Notes: generated from the letters alone by a model not told the origin. A DNA stretch of 64,000 bases from Eledone cirrhosa (GCA_964016885.1 OZ024743.1:168268001-168332000), one strand, 5' to 3'; positions 41,158-54,135 are shown, counted from the stretch's first letter. Translations and numbers: made by a program.

Positions 41158-41440
41158 AATATAAAAGGAAATTTCGCTCTACATGGCTGAATACAATAAA
41201 TGTAATCTGAGTTTTTCGAATATTAATAATTGTTTCTACTTTAGGCACAAGGCCAGCAATTACCCAGTGCATTACTGGTACTTTATTTTATATATTAATA
41301 ATAACATTCGATTCGTTTGCAATTATTCAAACAACCCACAATTTTATAGACATGTCAGTTGTGTTGGCATGCGAACAGAACTGCAGGCACTAATGTTACT
41401 GGGTATCACCCTGCATAATTGCAAACGAATCGAATGTTAT

Positions 41441-41790
41441 ATCAGTATCGGTAGAGGGTCGGACGCCATGCTTTCCAGCATAGTTACGTCCCTTTACGAT
41501 CTGAGTTCAAATCCCGCCGAGGTTGACTTTGCCTTTCATCCTTACGGGGTCGATAAAATAAAGTACCAGTAATGCACTGGATAATTGCTGGCCTTGTGCC
41601 TAAAGTAGAAACAATTATTTGGCAGTATCGGTAGACGACATTCTTTCCAGCATAGTTACGTCCCTTTACGATCTGAGTTCAAATCTCGCCGAGGTTGACT
41701 TTGCCTTTCATCCTTATGGGGTCGATAAAATAAAGTACCAGTAATGCACTGTGTAATTGCTGGCCTTGTGCCTAAAGTAGAAACAATTAT
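41441..41790 (+). mobile_element. Two tandem SINE family A copies
   Basis: Copies at about 41441-41618 and 41619-41790. Confidence 0.9.
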
Positions 41791-41888
41791 TAATATTCGA
41801 AAAACTCAGATTACATTTATATATATATATATTTCGTTTCTGAATTTGTTTAGCAAGATTCTTTATCTGAAAACGTGTGTTGAAACCG

Positions 41889-42344
41889 ATATTGTTATAC
41901 TTTGGGAGGGTCATGTTGCCAATAAGAAACACACGCACCAGTTGCTTTCACTCCAATTTATTATAAATTTTAAAAAAAATTATTTATTTTTTTAATTTAT
42001 AAATTTTCGGTTGGTTGGTTGGTTGGTTCCACAACCGGGGTTGTTCATATATTGTCAAAGTTCTTTCGTCTCACATTCTGTGACCTCTTCAGTGACTGGG
42101 GAATATTTTCTTTGTTTCGTGCCTCTCCTTTGTTCTGTCCTACGCCATCTTCAGATGTGTGACGAAAGAACCGTGACAATATATGAACAACCGTCCGGTT
42201 ATGGAACCAACCAACCAACCGGAAATTTATAAATAAGAAAAAGAAAAATGTTTTTAAATTTTTTAATTTATAATAAATTGGAGTGAAAGCAACTGGTGCG
42301 TGTGTTTCTTATTGGCAACATGACCCTCCCAAAGTATAACAATA
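41889..42344. repeat. Inverted repeat with about 190-bp arms, Penelope-pLTR-like
   Basis: 41889-42080 versus 42151-42344. Related sequence at 16965-17120, 18410-18495 and 35120-35275. Confidence 0.9.
42054..42096 (-). ncRNA. Minimal hammerhead ribozyme motif
   Basis: Minus strand: gtca CTGAAGA gg-tcaca-gaa-tgtga-gac GAAA gaac TT tgac. Perfect stem I. Confidence 0.75.
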
Positions 42345-42656
42345 TATATATATGTATATATATATATACTTACATATATGTGTGTGTGTCTGCTTGTGGA
42401 CTTGTGTGCATAAGCGTGTATGTGTGTGTGCATGTGTTTGTGTATGTGCGTATTTGCATGTGTGTATGTGTGTGTATAGTTGGCACTAATCCAATGTGTC
42501 ATAGCTTAATGGATAGTACCAGTAAAATAATAATAATCAGATGCATAAATGTATACGTTGAATCATCTTTAAATCATGCTATCTATAAAACAAGCAGCAG
42601 ACTTTACATTGTTCCATGAAATACATTTGAAGTAACTATTATTATTATTATTATAA

Positions 42657-42834
42657 TGGGCTTTCTCCACAAATGTCCCTCGGAAGTCTCCCCCCTATTG
42701 GGGAATTTTTCTTTGTTATTTTATTTCAACCTCTGTTTTTTTACACGCAGAAATGCCCATTTGTACCGTCCTGTATTGTCCTGTACTGTCCTTAATGTCT
42801 ACTTTATGTAAACCCTTGTGGTTAATAAAGAAAA

Positions 42835-42836
<2 letters not shown>
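42657..42836 (+). mobile_element. Solo 3' UTR end of Tx1-like LINE inside (TTA)n
   Basis: ccctcggaagtctccccc..ttggggaattttt resembles 31250-31285. The end cccttgtggttaataaagaaa resembles the 3' end at 7750-7771 (reverse). (TTA)n on both flanks. Confidence 0.7.
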
Positions 42837-42900
<64 letters not shown>

Positions 42901-43752
42901 ATTAATAAACAAGACGTTGCTGAATATTATCCACAGTCTTATGGGTGAAAACAGTAAAATAATGAAAAAGTATAAACAATTATAAAAAGAAAATTGTATT
43001 CGTTTTGCAAGATTCTCGATGGGAATTCGTGTGATGAAATAGATAATTATGGAACCGTAACCCCTAATAGAGATGTAGGTGTGCTGTGCCGATATACGTC
43101 GCGGACACTTAAAACCTAGAGGAAATCATCTCCTTTACAGGTCGAAACACAGCCGATTTCTTCCACAGAAGTAGAAAGAGTATGAGAGAAAAGATCTGAG
43201 AAAAATTTATAGAGGAAAAATTGACCATTGTAATGGGCTGGGGCTTTTTTATTGATTTCGGTAGGATGAGAGGCAAAGTTGACATCGGTGCAATTTGAAC
43301 TAAGTAAGTGCAGAGAGTCGAAACTAATATAATTCTATCCGACGTTCTAACGCTGCCGTATGTAGTCTTCCCGACGCATGGTCAGTTCAATTATGACCCA
43401 GTTTGCGTTTGATATACATAGCGTTTGACTATATATCTCTATGTGTTCAGAGGTATAAGGATACTTGTCTACTGCTGAACGATCAATTAGCCGTAAAACA
43501 TATAAAGGTAATTTTTAATGTTTTTCTGGGTACAAAGAGAATAATAGACTATTTTTAACATCTGATAATATGTTTTGTGCATAGATATGAATATTGACAC
43601 ACACCACACAAAAACATATATATATATGTGAATATAGACATAGAATATTCGAAAATATTCTGTATGTTTATAATAAACATTTTGAAGACCTAATCGCTAT
43701 AGAATAGAATACGTCACGTATTACAATTAGATTCTCGATAAAAGCAAGGGAA

Positions 43753-43795
43753 GTAATCTACGCGTTTCATTCTTGTTAGAAATCTTCAGGACCAC
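43753..43795 (-). ncRNA. Minimal hammerhead ribozyme motif
   Basis: Minus strand: gtggtc CTGAAGA t-ttct-aaca-agaa-t GAAA cgcg TA gattac. 6-bp stem I (2 GU pairs) and palindromic CGCG loop. Confidence 0.78.
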
Positions 43796-43881
43796 ATATC
43801 CAGTGCTTTTATCGAGAATCACACAGCTAGAGACTTATATATATATATATATACATAAGGTATTGTTGATGTAATTCAATG

Positions 43882-43936
<55 letters not shown>

Positions 43937-44879
43937 ATGGAAAACGAAAAATCAGTGGAGCATCTGAACTCAATTTATTGTGTGTTACAATTGTTTTCCC
44001 GGCGAACAGCTCGAGGTGCGATCTGTGTGTGGATCGACCTGACTCTAGACTCGCAGGTTCCTCGGACACGTCTATTGATTTCGGAGCATATACCCTTTCT
44101 GGGGTTTCTGACCCTACGGGCCCACCTTCATCCGCTTTGCGCGTCCTTGGGTTGGTCACTGTGTGCATACACACACACACACAGACTGGCACATATATTC
44201 TTACACATATGTATATATGTATATACACACATCTACACACACATTAAAAAAATGCAAAAAAAATACATATAAGAAAGGCATATAAAGATACACATCGGGC
44301 TGTACATGCAAAAATGCACCTTGATGTACGTGCTGACAGAGTTGATATTATGTTGCCAACGTGAATTAATCCACGTATAGACACCTCAAGCAAGGCTAAA
44401 TATGGGGAGTGCATGGTATTAATGTAAAGGTTATGCCCAGACCCTATATAGAAAATGCATGCAGGATATATAAAAAAATGTATGCAGAATATATAAAAAA
44501 TACATACATCTGAATTATATAAGAAAAGCGTACAAATATACACATTGGTTTCTACATGGAAAGATACATGGAGTGCGTGGAGTATATGCACATACCACTG
44601 AAAAGATACACATGCAGGGAGTGCGTGAACAGGCCATAATGTAGCATGTCACAGTGGGTGAGATAGAGTGCCTTGTTGATGTATGGTACGGGACTGAATA
44701 TCCGTGGAAGTTGAGCCACCGTGTCCCGGCTCATGCGATGTCGTTGCCTAGGATGACGTGCCGAGTCCGATAGCAGCATAGGTTGCGTCGACCCCACAGG
44801 GCATATATAGTCAACAAGGTATGGTGTCTGATCCCTTGGACCCGCGCCGCCGCTCGGACCGGCGTCCGCTTACCCGCAT

Positions 44880-45025
44880 GCCTTTAGCTGTCTGCACGTC
44901 ATGATACTCTCCGATTTCAGGTTGACTGCATCATGCTTCAATCTGACTATCTCCATGGCCTCGGATAGGCATAGTCTACAATTTTTACTTCCAGCCGAAT
45001 ATCCGTAGGAGCATAGAGTGTTCAA
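44880..45025 (-). pseudogene. Penelope-like endonuclease C-terminal fragment (probably Naiad type)
   Basis: Hand translation: YSAGSKNCRLCLSEAMEIVRLKHDAVNLKSESIMTCRQ. Confidence 0.65.
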
Positions 45026-45082
45026 CCGGCATACCGCCTATGGAAGCATCTTAGCTACTATTAGACATATATATATATTAGC

Positions 45083-45730
45083 TATGAATCGAAGTTGTAG
45101 CTGCCATACAGCAGGTACAATTCGAGTTGTTTGAGGCAATCATAAAGCACTCAATGGAACGAAAAGTGTATACATTATCGCCCAGATTAAACACAACATT
45201 TAAAAAGTGTGACATCAAGAAAAGCGATCAAAGGCAGTGGCCATACGTATACCTATACTACAACAACGATAGAATCAGAAAGATTGAAAACTAACCTGGA
45301 TCTTCTCTTGTTGATTAGAATCGATATAATGAATAGAAATCTCAGATATGTTTCTGGGACCTCTGCAGGTCAAGTTACATAACATGTGTGCACTTCCTCG
45401 ATGGAACTGATGTGCCCGACAGGTTTTGCTCGATCTAATCCAAATTTCGGTCTGATGACAGATGCATTTTACCCATAGTAGTAATTCTACCTGTGTTGCC
45501 ACGTGACCTTTCTCAAAAGGAATCTCTCAGCCTTAAGACAAAATGTCTCCACTAGTGTTTGTAAACAAAAAATAACTAAACAGTTATCGATCGTATTACA
45601 TGAATCTATGAGAATAACTATATTAGGTATGAATCGAAGTTGTAGCTGCCATACAGCAGGTACTATTCGAGTTGTTTGAGGCAATCACAAAGCACTCAAT
45701 GGAGTGAAAAGTTAATACATTATCGTCCAG
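45083..45730. repeat. About 103-bp direct repeat pair (45083-45185, 45628-45730)
   Basis: tatgaatcgaagttgtagctgccatacagcaggtac... occurs twice. Confidence 0.9.
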
Positions 45731-47393
45731 AGTAATGTTGTATGATGGACTTCGCCTTTTATTTGAAGGCCTATCTTTGTTACATTGAGGATACATTGGA
45801 GATTACATTAAGGATAGAAGCGCCAACGGAATACTCAGTCACGTACGCTATAATTCCATAAATAGGCAATTAGACTGATCGAACAACTGGAATACTCATC
45901 GTCGACACAAATGGAGGATACATTTACTATTCTTTTTCTCTATGTGCATAGAAAGTGGCCGCTAGCAATTGAAATATTTATGAACCCCAACATTATTATC
46001 ATGAAATCTTTCGTACAACGTCATCATCATCATCAGCGTCATCAGCATCACTATCAACGTCTTTATTCCAATCACGGTCATCGCCGCCGCTATTACCGTC
46101 ATCATCATCATCATCATCACCATCATCGTTATCAACATCACAACGTTTTTATTCTCATCATGGTCGTCGTCGCAGCTATTATCGTCATCACCATCATCAA
46201 AATCAAATCAACATTAACATTAATGAGTACGAATATGACAAATATGTCGGCGACGACATCAACAGCAACAACAATAACAACAAATAATCTCTTTGGTTTT
46301 GATAGGCTGTCCACTAATAGAGATTAAATATTGATTTCTTATTGGAACAAAAGTCTCGGATTTATATGGTCCTACAAATGGAATTGTGTGTGCGCATTTG
46401 TTTATGTGTGTGTTTGTGTGTGTGTCAGTATGTGTGTGTATGTTGTTACGTACAATAGCTCACCTCATAGCTAACGTTTACAGACAGCTGTTCTAGACAG
46501 ATTTACTCGTCAGTAGGTGAAACCAAAAAATTCATGTATTTGTTTCATCACCTCTGAGATGTTGGACTGAGGAAGTTCGGTGATATAAAACCTAGTTCTG
46601 TATTACGACGAAGATTGTTCCTGTTGTTTGATCAACGGAACAGTCTGTTAGTGAAATGTCCGTGAAAGTGGCTGAGTATTCCCACAAACAAGTTTACTGA
46701 ACGTCGTTCCCAAGAAGATATAGAGTAATACAATGTCTGCCATGATTTACCTTTGAATTGTAGATACAAAGGAGTGAACTCATGAGTCGAATATCCTAAC
46801 CCCTAGGATACGCGCCTTCACAGAAGCCAGATGTATAAATTGAAATTTAAAGGTACTGGAAGTACTGGAAGGGAAGTCATCTGGAGTGGCCACAACGCAA
46901 TAGTGCACAATGTGGTCCACATGGACCACAAATGAACCATAGCAGAGAGAGGAGTGGGGTGGGGAGGGGGATGAGATAAAGAGAAAGAGAGAAAGAAATA
47001 TTTTCCAATATGTCTCAATATATATCGTTACGATATAGTTACAGAGTTACTAAATACTCTTAAGTAGTGCTGTAATAATCGTTTCTAGCATAAACAGACA
47101 ATCAGAAGTTTGGGTCGAAAACAGTCGGTTATCAAAGTTAACACCGACGAGACTGATCTCAGAATGTAAAGGACCAGAAGAAATACAAAAGGCATTTCTC
47201 CCTATACTGAAATGATCCTACCATTCAGCCACCCCCCTATTTAGAGGTAAAATTAGGATTTGTATGTATGTGTGTGTGTGTGCGTGCGTGTGTGTGTGTG
47301 TTATTTTAAAAATAATCGAGTTTACAACTAGCTCTTTCTTTTATACACTTAGTGATAGCTCACTCTATATATTGTTTGAAATTATATATATAA

Positions 47394-48706
47394 CTAGCAG
47401 TGGTACCCGGCATTTCACGGGATAAAGTATTTAGGAACGCGGGCCGCCAACAGACCTAATCGTGAAAAAACTGCATGCATCGACAATATGTAAAGAAAAT
47501 AAACCGAATACTCTGATGGCTGGATAATCTTTAAGATTTTCCTCGATGAAGCAGGTAAAGTGCAGGTTTTCACCTAATGAGGGCCCTAGGGCATCAAGAA
47601 AATGATTTTTTTATGTGCATAATATGCTTTGAAATTTCGGGAAAATCGGCTAGACGTAACGCCTAAAAAAAGCCCTAAAAAGCTGAAAAAATGAAGCTTT
47701 TCACCTAATGCGGGCCCTAGGTCATAAAAAAGTTAGACTTTCTTTGCTCACGGTATGAAGAAAAGACTGACTAATACATAGTTACAATTTCAAGGAAATC
47801 TGTGTGACGTAACGCCTCAGAACGCGCACTTATAATATCTGTCTGTATGTCTGGAGTCTGCTGCCTCCGGTTATTTTCCCCCCTTGTCAAGACAAATCTC
47901 ACACTCATTCTCCAAACAGTTGGTAAGTGCACACAACTTCTTCCTCGCGTTTTAAGCCACAGTGTTGCTTACTTACGTATCACCAGACCCTTACTTCTTT
48001 GCCAGCCGTGGTTGTGGCAATACTAAGCTTAGCTCAGGTGGTTATATATTTCACACAACACTAAAAATGAAAGCCGGTAACTATATATTAGTCAGTCTCT
48101 TCTTCATACCGTGAGCAAAGAAAATCCAACTTTTAGTGGAGCGAGTGAAATAAAGTCGATCCTGCTGCGATTCAAAAATCAGGTTTGCAGGTTATATATT
48201 TCACACAACACTAAAAATTAAAGCCGGTAAAGAAAAACATCGCTATAATAGCTTCAGTTTTCACAGTGTTGCTTACTTACGTGCCTTTACGAGAACAAAA
48301 GTTACTATTTTACCGCTTATTTTACCGACTGTTTTCAAACTTTACTCATGTTCTGAGCAAAAAGATTTTCAAATTTTCAATGCCCTAGGGACCGCATTAG
48401 GTGATTTCGCGATCTCTCTCTGTAATGCAGACAGTCAGACATACAGACAGATATTATAAGGGCGCGACATTATATGTATGTATCTATCTAAAAAGAGAAA
48501 GACTAAGAATTATAGAGAGAGATCGGTAAATCGCTTAATGCAGTCCCTAGGGCATTGAAACTTTGAAATTGTTTTTGCTCAGAACACTCCCTGAAACATA
48601 AGTATTACATGTGTATAGTTTGAAAACAGTCGGTTGGGTGGTTCTCGAGTTTTAGGGATTCAAACTCACACACACAGACAGGCATCCTCAGTTTTATATA
48701 TATAGA
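47394..48706 (-). mobile_element. Non-autonomous Helitron (family of 3006-3829) with internal rearrangements
   Basis: CTAG end with hairpin at 47394-47421 and TC start at 48706. Long reverse-complement match to 3240-3829. Confidence 0.88.
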
Positions 48707-48786
48707 CTAGCAGAAAACCGCCAATCGCGTGGTTTTCTGCTAGTATATATATATATATTACACAAACAGAAATGTATATATATTTC

Positions 48787-48853
<67 letters not shown>

Positions 48854-49316
48854 CACACACAGAAATGTATATATATTTCTGTGTGTATATATATATATAT
48901 TACACACACAGAAATGTATATATATTTCTGTGTGTATATATATATATTTCTGTGTGTGTATATATATATATATATTTCACACACACAGAAATGTATATAT
49001 GTTTCTGTAGCACTCCTCAATTCCCCCCTCTCTCCCTCCCGCTATCCCCCTCTTGTAGTCTGTCTCTTTCTTTCACTCTCACTCTCTCTCTACGCGTGCG
49101 CAAAAAACATTCGCACGCGCGCACGTGTTTTAGCGTCTATTCACTCTCTCTCTCTCCCTCTCTCCCTCCCGCTATCCCCCTCTCGTAGTCTGTCTCTTTC
49201 TTTCACTCTCACTCTCTCTCTACGCGTGCGCAAAAAACAATCGCACGCGCGCACGTGTTTCCACTGTCGGACAGACAGACAAACAGAGAAATTTCTAGTT
49301 ATATATTATAAGGAGA
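48707..49316 (-). mobile_element. Second Helitron-like element directly abutting the first
   Basis: Begins ctagcagaaaacc and ends tatattataaggaga|t (A|TC on the minus strand). Internal tandem duplication of about 130 bp. Confidence 0.6.
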
Positions 49317-49849
49317 TAGGTACAAACACACACATAAACAAACGCACACATACACATGGTATTTGTATTATTTATGTATGTATGCATGTACGCGTTTATA
49401 TAAATATGTATCTGTGTGGGCATGCCTGTATGATTGAGTCCATATTGTATGTGTGTGTGTGTGTACTTTATGTATGTTTATATGTATGTATATATGTATG
49501 TATAAATAGGCATGTATGTATATACAGGGCGGAGGAACTCAATAGTCAACGGCATCTAAATACAGGCTACATGTGGGTGTGAGTGTATGAGTACTCTATC
49601 TGTATATACTTATGTATATGCATTTTTTTGTGTGTATGTATATATTTGATATATCCTTGGGTGTCTCTTTGATATATCCTCTGGTGTCTGTTTGCATACG
49701 TAAATCTTTTTGTATACATAAAAACATTTTTTAAACTCTTAATTCTTTTAACTTTTTAAATCTTTAAATCCTTCGTCTCTCTTAGATATCCTCGGATGTA
49801 CAAGAGTGTGCTTTTGCATATTCATTTTAACTTTCTTTTTAATAGTGTG

Positions 49850-52800
49850 TACAGGTCTGCGCGGGGACAAGACATACCTGAGTTGGCGCCCAGGCGCGCA
49901 GATAGCCCGCTGGGAGTGAAATACCCCCTTAGCTGTTGTCACAACACTTCTCTAGGGGAGGGAAACTCCGAATAAACACCTGCGATGTTGAGGGCACCCG
50001 AGTATGTTGACCAGTTCTTCTTTTCAGTACACGCTCTCCATGCCCAGAGAGTGGTATTAGTTCTGTACAAGGCTTTTCTTCACTTTAAAAAATTTCAAGC
50101 ACAGGCATCGCCTGATCGATTTTAACAAATTATTTGTTGCATTGTGGCTGGCCGTAGCCCCAAAAGGCAAACATATTTAATGATGAACCATAATAATGTA
50201 CAAATTAATGGCAATGGGGGATCTGGAACTGATGGTGAAAAGGTCTGACCCGGCAGGTTTCCTATGGCACCGCAGCATGGGCCCGGTCGTCGTCCTGCCA
50301 CTGCTAAGAAGTTGAAACTTATGAATATTGGTTGCTGGACCATCCGAACCTTATTAGATTTGGTGTCTTCAGAATCACAACCAGAAAGAAGATCAGCTCT
50401 TGTTGCCAAAGAGCTGGGACGATACAATATAGATATTGTTGCCCTATCTGAAACGAAGCTACTCGAAGAAGGTCATATCACTGAGAAGTCCAGTGGCTAC
50501 ACTTTTTACTGGAGTGGCAGAGCAGCAGGATGCAAAAGGGAAACAGGTGTTTGCAGTGAAAACGTATTTGGTGTCGAGACTTGACCAGTTTCCAAGTGGC
50601 ATCAATGATCGTCTCATGTCGATGAGAATTCCTCTGATGTACAATCGCTACTTTACCATTGTCAGTGTATATGCCCCGACGATGAACTCCAATAAAGACG
50701 AGAAACTCGCCTATTACAGGTCTTTGAAGGAACTTATCAAAAAGATTCCTTCAGTAGACAAAATTGTCATACTTGGTGATTTCAACGCATGCGTTGGTAG
50801 GATTATGAGACTTGGGATGTGATCGGCTGACATAGCATAGGGAATGTAATAATAATTGTCTCCTCTTGCTTCAGATATGTGTGGAGTTAGATTTGTTCAT
50901 TGCAAGCACGATATTCCAGCAAAAGGATAAGTTCAAGACAATATGGGTGCACCCTGGGTCAAAGGTGTGGCATCTGATCGACTATGTTCTTGTGAAGAAA
51001 CGTGACATGCAGGATATCAAGCATGTGAGTGTTATGCGTGGTGCAGAGTGCTGGGTAGATCATCGACTGGTGCGCGCCAAGGAAAACCTCGTGATCAAAC
51101 CTCAAACAAGAGCAACTGGTGTCAAAATTTCAAAGCGCTTGAATATAGATCGTATGAAACATAAGGGTGTCAAGGAAGAGCTGCGTCGCAGGCTTGAAAG
51201 CATTGATTGTGAGAACAACTGGAATGACTTCAGGTGCTCGGTCTATGAGGCTTCAGTAGAGGTCCTTGGCTTTGTCACAAGAAGACACAAGGACTGGTTT
51301 GATGAGAATAATCGCGATGTCGAGGCTCTGCTGGACAAAAACAAAAGGCATTAGACGCAGTTCTTTCTTAAAGGTGGTAGCACTGTTGGTGACAATTATA
51401 AGCGTTACAGACAGGTAAAGAAGGGGATGCAGGTGAAACTCAGGGTCATGCAAAATACTTGGTGGAGCAACAAAGGAGATGAAGTTCAAGCGGTATCTGA
51501 CGGCAACAATGTGAAACTGCTGCACTCTAGTCAGAGAGGTGTATGGTCCTTTCAGCTCACCAGTAACACCGTTGAAATCAAAAGATGGCAAGCAGTTAAT
51601 GCGCGATCCGAAAGACATACACGACAGATGGAGAGATCACTTTGATGAGCTCTTAAACCAGCCATCCCAGGTTGATGATGATTTCATTTGCTCCATTCCT
51701 ATTGAACTAGTGAAGCATGAGATGGCTGCTGTACCTTCTCTTGCAGAGGCGACTTCTGTTGTGCATAAGCTGAACTGTGGTAAGTCTTCTGGTATGGATG
51801 GTCTGAGTGCAGAGGTTTTGAAATGCGGTAGTGAAAACTTCACGCAGCGCCTGACTGACCTCATGAAAAGGTGTGGGAAGATGAGAATGTCCCACAAGAT
51901 TGGAAGGATGCGCTCATGGTGGTTCTCCATAAAGGAAAGGGTGGGAAAGATATGTGGCAATTTACGTGGCATATCACTTCTTTCAGTAGTTGGTAAAGTC
52001 ATGTGTCAAATTTTGATGGATAGATTGATCTCAGGGGTTGCTCTGAATGTTTTGCCTGATTCGCAGTGTGGGTTCAGGAACGAAAGAGGAACAGTGGATA
52101 TGATCTCTTTTCTGCTCGGCAGCTGCAAGGAAAGTGTGTCGAACAATGTATGGACCTTTACTAGTTCTTTGTTGACTTGAGAAAGGCCTTTGACACCGTC
52201 AATCGAACTGCATTGTGGAACAATTTGGAAAAGCCTGGATGCCCTCCAAAGTTTGTGAAGTTTCTGCGTCATGATAACATGAAGGCTTGGGTCAGTATTG
52301 GTGGTAGTATCTTTGAACCAATATCAGTCGGAAATGGAGTGAAGCAAGGGGACATTCCGGCTCCAACTCTGTTTTCCTTATATTTTACGATAGTGTTTCT
52401 CATGGCATTCAAGAAGAATTGTTCGCATGGGGTTTACATCAGGTATCGCACTTCAGAAAGGTTGTTGAACATCAGGTGCTTTGGTGGAAGCACAAATGAG
52501 TTTTTGTATGCAGATGACTGCAATCTTTTTGCACACTCACAAAGTGACATGTAGCATATTATGAACTTTTTTTCTGAAGCTTGCAGCGCTTTGGGCCTCA
52601 CAATAAGCTTGGAAAAGACTGTTGTAATGTATCAGCCAGCACCTGAAAAAAAAATACACTACACCAAGTGTGTACGTGTGCGGAAAGAGGCTAAAAGTTG
52701 CTGACAGGTTTGTTTACCTTGGTAGTACGATGAGCAATTCATGTACACTTGATGATGAAATATCATTAAGAGTCAAGAAAGCCAGTGATGCTTTTGGTCC

Positions 52801-53656
52801 AGACGAGGTATCACTATCGAAACCAAGGGGAAAGTGTATCTGACTTCTGTCGTCTCCTGGTCACAAACAGAAAGCATCTCATGGAACGAGAGAGAGTTCA
52901 CTAACAATCTTTTCGTAAGTTACTTGGGGTGCGATGGGAAATGTTCGTCAGTGATTTGGAAGTTCTCGATCGGAGCAGGTGCGTGACTATAGAGAGTATA
53001 TTTAGGTATCGGTTGAGGTGGTGCGGGAACGTGGTCCGGATGTCTGGTGATCGCATTCCAAAGCAACTTCTTTACGGAGCACTGAGTGAAGGGAGGCGAC
53101 CATCACACAAAGCAAAAATGCGGTTCCGAGACTGTGTCAGGGCCACCTTGGCTTGTCCTGGAATTTCATCTGACGAATGGGAGAAAATGACTGAGGAACG
53201 TGTGAAGTGGAGACATTTGATCAAGTCAGGTAGTGAACACTTTGAAACTCGTCGGAGAGAACACCTTACACTGAAAAGGAAGGTAAGGAAAAGAGACTGT
53301 TCTGAACTGGCTATGTTGAACATCACCTGGTTTGCCAGCACTGTGGTCGAATCTGCCTGAACAAAGCTGGTTTGACTAGACACGAACAAAGTGATATCAG
53401 TGGAACTTATGTAGTTTATGATCTGAAAAGGTGTACAGAATGTGGCAAGGAATGTGCTAGCATGGGAGGTCTTAAAAGACACATGAGAGCACACAGCCAG
53501 ACCAAAGCAATGGAAAGTCCCGGAGGAGCCTACAGTTGCCATGTATGTGCCAGAGGGTGCAAGTGTTTGGCTGGTTTAAAGAGGCATATTCGTGCCTCAT
53601 ATTTTTTAGCATATTATCGGGCGACGGCAATGCTCGAACACGAGTTTTCAGCCATC

Positions 53657-53658
<2 letters not shown>
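49850..53658 (+). mobile_element. Near full-length degenerate RTE-clade LINE (APE, RT, C2H2 fingers)
   Basis: NIGCWTIRTL..IDIVALSETK, VYAPT, LGDFNA, IDYVL, DHRLV, KAFDTVNR, GVKQGD, LYADD and three CxxC..GL.RH fingers. Many frameshifts. Confidence 0.93.
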
Positions 53659-53753
<95 letters not shown>

Positions 53754-54085
53754 TACAACTATGTGTGTGCGTGTTGCATACGTATATATATTGTGTATAT
53801 ATATATGTATATTTTATGTAACCGTGTGTGAGAGTAGAGGAAAAAGTGAGAAATAAATAAACAGAAAGAAAGAAGGGAGTAAGTAAAGAGATGTAAACAA
53901 AATTAAGCAAGAAAAGAGAAAACAGAAAAAAGTGCAGGAAAGAATAGGTGGGGAGAGAAGGGGGGAGAAAGAAACATGGGAAAGTGAGGGTGTTGGGTGT
54001 TGGGAAATGTCTAATATAAAAGCTATAAACACCCAATACAAATCCATTAAATTGGCAAACATTCGTTTGAAATATGAAGAAACGA

Positions 54086-54135
<50 letters not shown>

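Noticed and set aside
45449-45480. CTGATGA at about 45452
   Set aside because: No downstream stem II or GAAA.
45911-46327. His-rich 138-aa ORF
   Set aside because: Degenerate (CAT)n repeat.
53372-53600. Host C2H2 zinc-finger gene
   Set aside because: It is contiguous with the C-terminus of the RTE ORF and lacks TGEKP linkers.
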